Shown: one piece after another, positions 59,936 through 64,000 of the stretch
Numbering within the stretch: position 1 is the stretch's first letter
Layout: each line of letters begins with the position of its first letter
From: Amoeboaphelidium protococcarum X5
Lineage: Eukaryota; Fungi; Aphelidiomycota
Direction: 5' to 3'
NCBI GenBank assembly: GCA_023515725.1
Contig: JALDTO010000208.1
Coordinates: 62,001 to 126,000 of the forward strand
DNA length: 64,000 bases
Program-made: the position numbers and the translations under genes
Notes under the pieces: model-generated
What the model saw: only the letters and a program-made list of their open reading frames with translations
Told to the model about the DNA's origin: nothing
The model's database searches: none

Positions 59936-60952
59936 TCACCTTCGCTGAGGAGGAAAGTGATTAAAGGTATCGTCCATATCTTCTGCTTCTACAAGCTCCC
60001 CCAAATCATGGGTAGATTAATGAGGTGTGGTAGTAGGCGAGGATAGATACGCGTTTAAAAAGATGTGATGCAGTATACGATAAATATAAAGCACATCATC
60101 TCTCTTAAATCCAGAGTCTTAACGATTCAAAACGAACAAGTCAGACACATGTAATTAACCATCATTGTCAATGTGAACAAACTTCCACAGGGTGGCGTTA
60201 GAGCAAATGCCCCAGACACGGGGATTTACTATGTTAGCGTCTTTTCTGTTCTTGTATATGGCAGCCGCCTATGCCACGCACTGCAGAACTGCATACTGTG
60301 GAAATTCTTTTTTTGCCTCATGAACTACAAGGTGAGAATCCTAAGGTGGGGTTCCAAATTCGTCTGTGATATTAGCATCATTATGGCCAATCACATAATC
60401 CACATATCCCTACAGAGACTTGTTCACTTCATAGTTGAGTGTAGCAACAGGTTACTCGCAGAATATACGCAGCCCTTTGAACTCTGGTCGTGACACAATG
60501 TCAGTCAGAAACAGATCAATTACTGTGCGGCAAGCGGTTTCAGAATTCTTTACGAAAACGCGAAAATTTTTGTCCAGCATAGCAAAGAATTCCTCAGACG
60601 GTTTGATATCATCATCCAGTTATGCGGGTATTATCAACTACTACCACTCAGCATTAATTCCAGTTATTTCTGTAATATCACACTTTTAAACTCTGTTGAA
60701 TAATACCACCTTAATTTTATTCTGACTACTTTTGATCCATATATCATGACGATACTTCATTAGATCTGTCTTCTAAGCGTTCAATTGAGCCGCAATTTTT
60801 TGTTACTCGATGTAAGATCTTAAGCAGTCTGTCACGACGTGTTCTGGTTGATTTTCCTGCTTCATCATTTACCATAACGCAGATTATTAAATTTCAGCAT
60901 CCACAATTTTGGCTTCAATTTTACGTATCTCCTGTGTCAGCGCATCCTCCAT
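59936..60952 (-). CDS. Coiled-coil + PD-(D/E)XK restriction-endonuclease-fold protein (Crinkler C-terminal REase-like)
   Basis: 338-aa code-6 ORF: SETACRTVIDLFL..IFCE..GYVDYVIG..VVHEAKK..QCVA(Q)..VWGICSNATLWKFVHID. Confidence 0.7.
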
Positions 60953-61188
60953 TTTGTCAATGTGTTAGAAATCCAATCGATGTATAGTCGAAAGAATCCG
61001 GAAAATCAAATCGAAACACGTTTCAAATCGGGTTTCCTCATTCAAAAAAAGGCTCCTGATTGGCAGTTGTATGAAACGTTGGAGTCAACTGATTAAAGAG
61101 ATTTTTAAAACTATCAAGCAATTAAGTGATATATAGCTAGTAAAAAGTAAATTTTGTTTATTGCTCATGCTCTCAATCTAAACCCATC

Positions 61189-62436
61189 TCAAGCGACTGC
61201 CCATTTGAATGGCTTAGTATCAATGACCAGGTTAACGGAAAGAGACAGTAGATTCGTCACATAGTTCTTCCAGACAGTGGTAACTGATAGGATGGAGGAC
61301 CAACCACAAGACTGGCAGCCGAGGCAACAACCGCTCAATGCCTTCCTGATACTAGTGACCAGCTTGGAACCCACAGAGCAAGTGATGGCCTAACAACAAG
61401 CAGTGCTACAACAAGCCTCAGGTAGACAGCATACGCCATTAATGCAACATTCTCCGGCACAGCCAACACCGGCAAGCAGACCACAGAAGATTAGCGTTGG
61501 CAGTTCGAAGAATACCAAACCAATGACAAATGCGAATACAGCCGCTATGAACACCAGCACTGCGCCAATAACTTGTGCTAATTTCAAAAATACTGAAAAA
61601 AGCAACTTGAAAGGCACCAGCACTGGGTTTCCACGCTTGTACAAGTTGACAGAGTTCCTTCTGCTGCCACCCGCAGAGATCTAGTCGTCCACATCTGCAT
61701 CCTGAAACTCGCTATTGGCATCAGTAAAGGTGTCAGCTTCAGGATCGGTCGCAACACCAGACAGACGCTGTAAGTATTAAACTAAGTGATCCATTATCTC
61801 AGCATCCTTCATACCATTCTACGCCAGAGATTTTTCAAGCAGATTTGTGAATAATCTCTCAGTTTCCCCATCCTGACCAGCGTTGCGATCCATAAAGTCG
61901 TCACATAATGAAGCAATTTAACGGAAATAAGCAATATCTAGACTAGACTTCTGGGACTTGAGCTGGTCCCAAACAGATTAGACGCGCGCTTAGTCAATGT
62001 AAACAGGCAGAGACTCTTCATCCACTGCATCAAACAGATGGTAGTCGCGACTTTAGCCTTGCTAATATTCGTACTTACCAAGCACATACTTCTCACCTCC
62101 CTTCGACTTGTGGACATTTTTGAAAGCAGAGATGATGTCATCAAAGTGCATTTGTTCGCACAGTTTCCAGTTTTCATTGCAAAGCTAGTCCATCCTGCGA
62201 ATGCTACCCTGAGACGCAGCTAACACAAACTAACCAATAAAGTCAGCGACATTCTCAGCCTTTACAGTAGCGGTAGGGAGATCAGCGTTCTGCTGCTAGT
62301 AAGCACGACATTACTGTTGACGTCTTGCAGCATGACGATCAAAGAAGCTACCAATTGACGTTCTACCAAATGACACGGAGCTGACACAATTCAGCACAGC
62401 AATTGCAGCGATCACCAAACAGAACAGGGAATTCAT
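61189..62436 (-). CDS. Secreted precursor with dibasic site, hydrophobic helices and Cys-rich C-terminus
   Basis: 415-aa code-6 ORF; signal MNSLFCLVIAAIAVL; acidic spacer then LYKR|GNPVLVPFKLLF; CCxxxxCC clusters. Confidence 0.75.
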
Positions 62437-62698
62437 TTTAAAGCCTTTTCGATAATACAACTTAAACAAGACAAGTATAATTTGATTGCTATAAGTGATG
62501 TATGTAAAATCAAAGAACAAAGCGTGTAACAATGGATGATTATCAGTTGAAGGAGGCGTCCATTGCTGTGCCACCGCCACACCCGAATTAAATGTGAGGC
62601 TTTAGGACGTAAATATTAAGGCGCGTGAGATATCTGAAGCAAAATGAAATATGATTAATAGTAAATTTGCAAGATTTTCAATTAAATCAGTGTCACGT

Positions 62699-64000
<1,302 letters not shown>

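Noticed and set aside
60040-60320. Suspected frameshifts at homopolymers in the REase-fold gene
   Set aside because: Recounting the T and G runs gives a continuous frame to TGA 59936-59938.

Overview
Gene-dense eukaryotic (opisthokont, fungus-related) genomic window with about 40 protein-coding genes and no recognisable rRNA, tRNA, CRISPR array or intact transposon. The supplied ORF track is fragmented because this genome does not use the standard code. TAA and TAG encode glutamine (translation table 6) and TGA is the only stop. TAR codons sit at conserved Gln positions (GCN5 EQVKGYG, RAD23 KTLQQ, PTPA VQHF, BUD31 HQRSRY), and every reconstructed gene ends in TGA. Fungal/opisthokont-type genes plus this code point to an aphelid such as Amoeboaphelidium protococcarum (inference). 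Re-read by hand with code 6, the window holds housekeeping genes (GCN5, CTDSPL2-like, bL32m, MTG1, XRN2, RAD23, MON1, NAXE, PTPA, a septin, PRODH, CDK10, bS6m, two UBC9, REP, a DENN GEF, GPATCH11, AUH, BORCS8, NSDHL, PSMD5, ABCB6/HMT1, TRF4, BUD31, RUVBL1) and several secreted or membrane orphans. The most unusual observations are a 2x6TM protein resembling an adenylyl-cyclase membrane anchor with no cyclase domains, a near-invariant TGTAG 3' splice site (21 of 22 short introns), tandem divergent UBC9 paralogues, a septin with a degenerate GTPase site, a PD-(D/E)XK nuclease-fold effector-like gene beside a secreted Cys-rich precursor, a three-gene mitoribosome-LSU cluster and an apparent ACGCGT excess. 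Gene models were built by eye with no database searches, so boundaries, especially start codons, may be imperfect.
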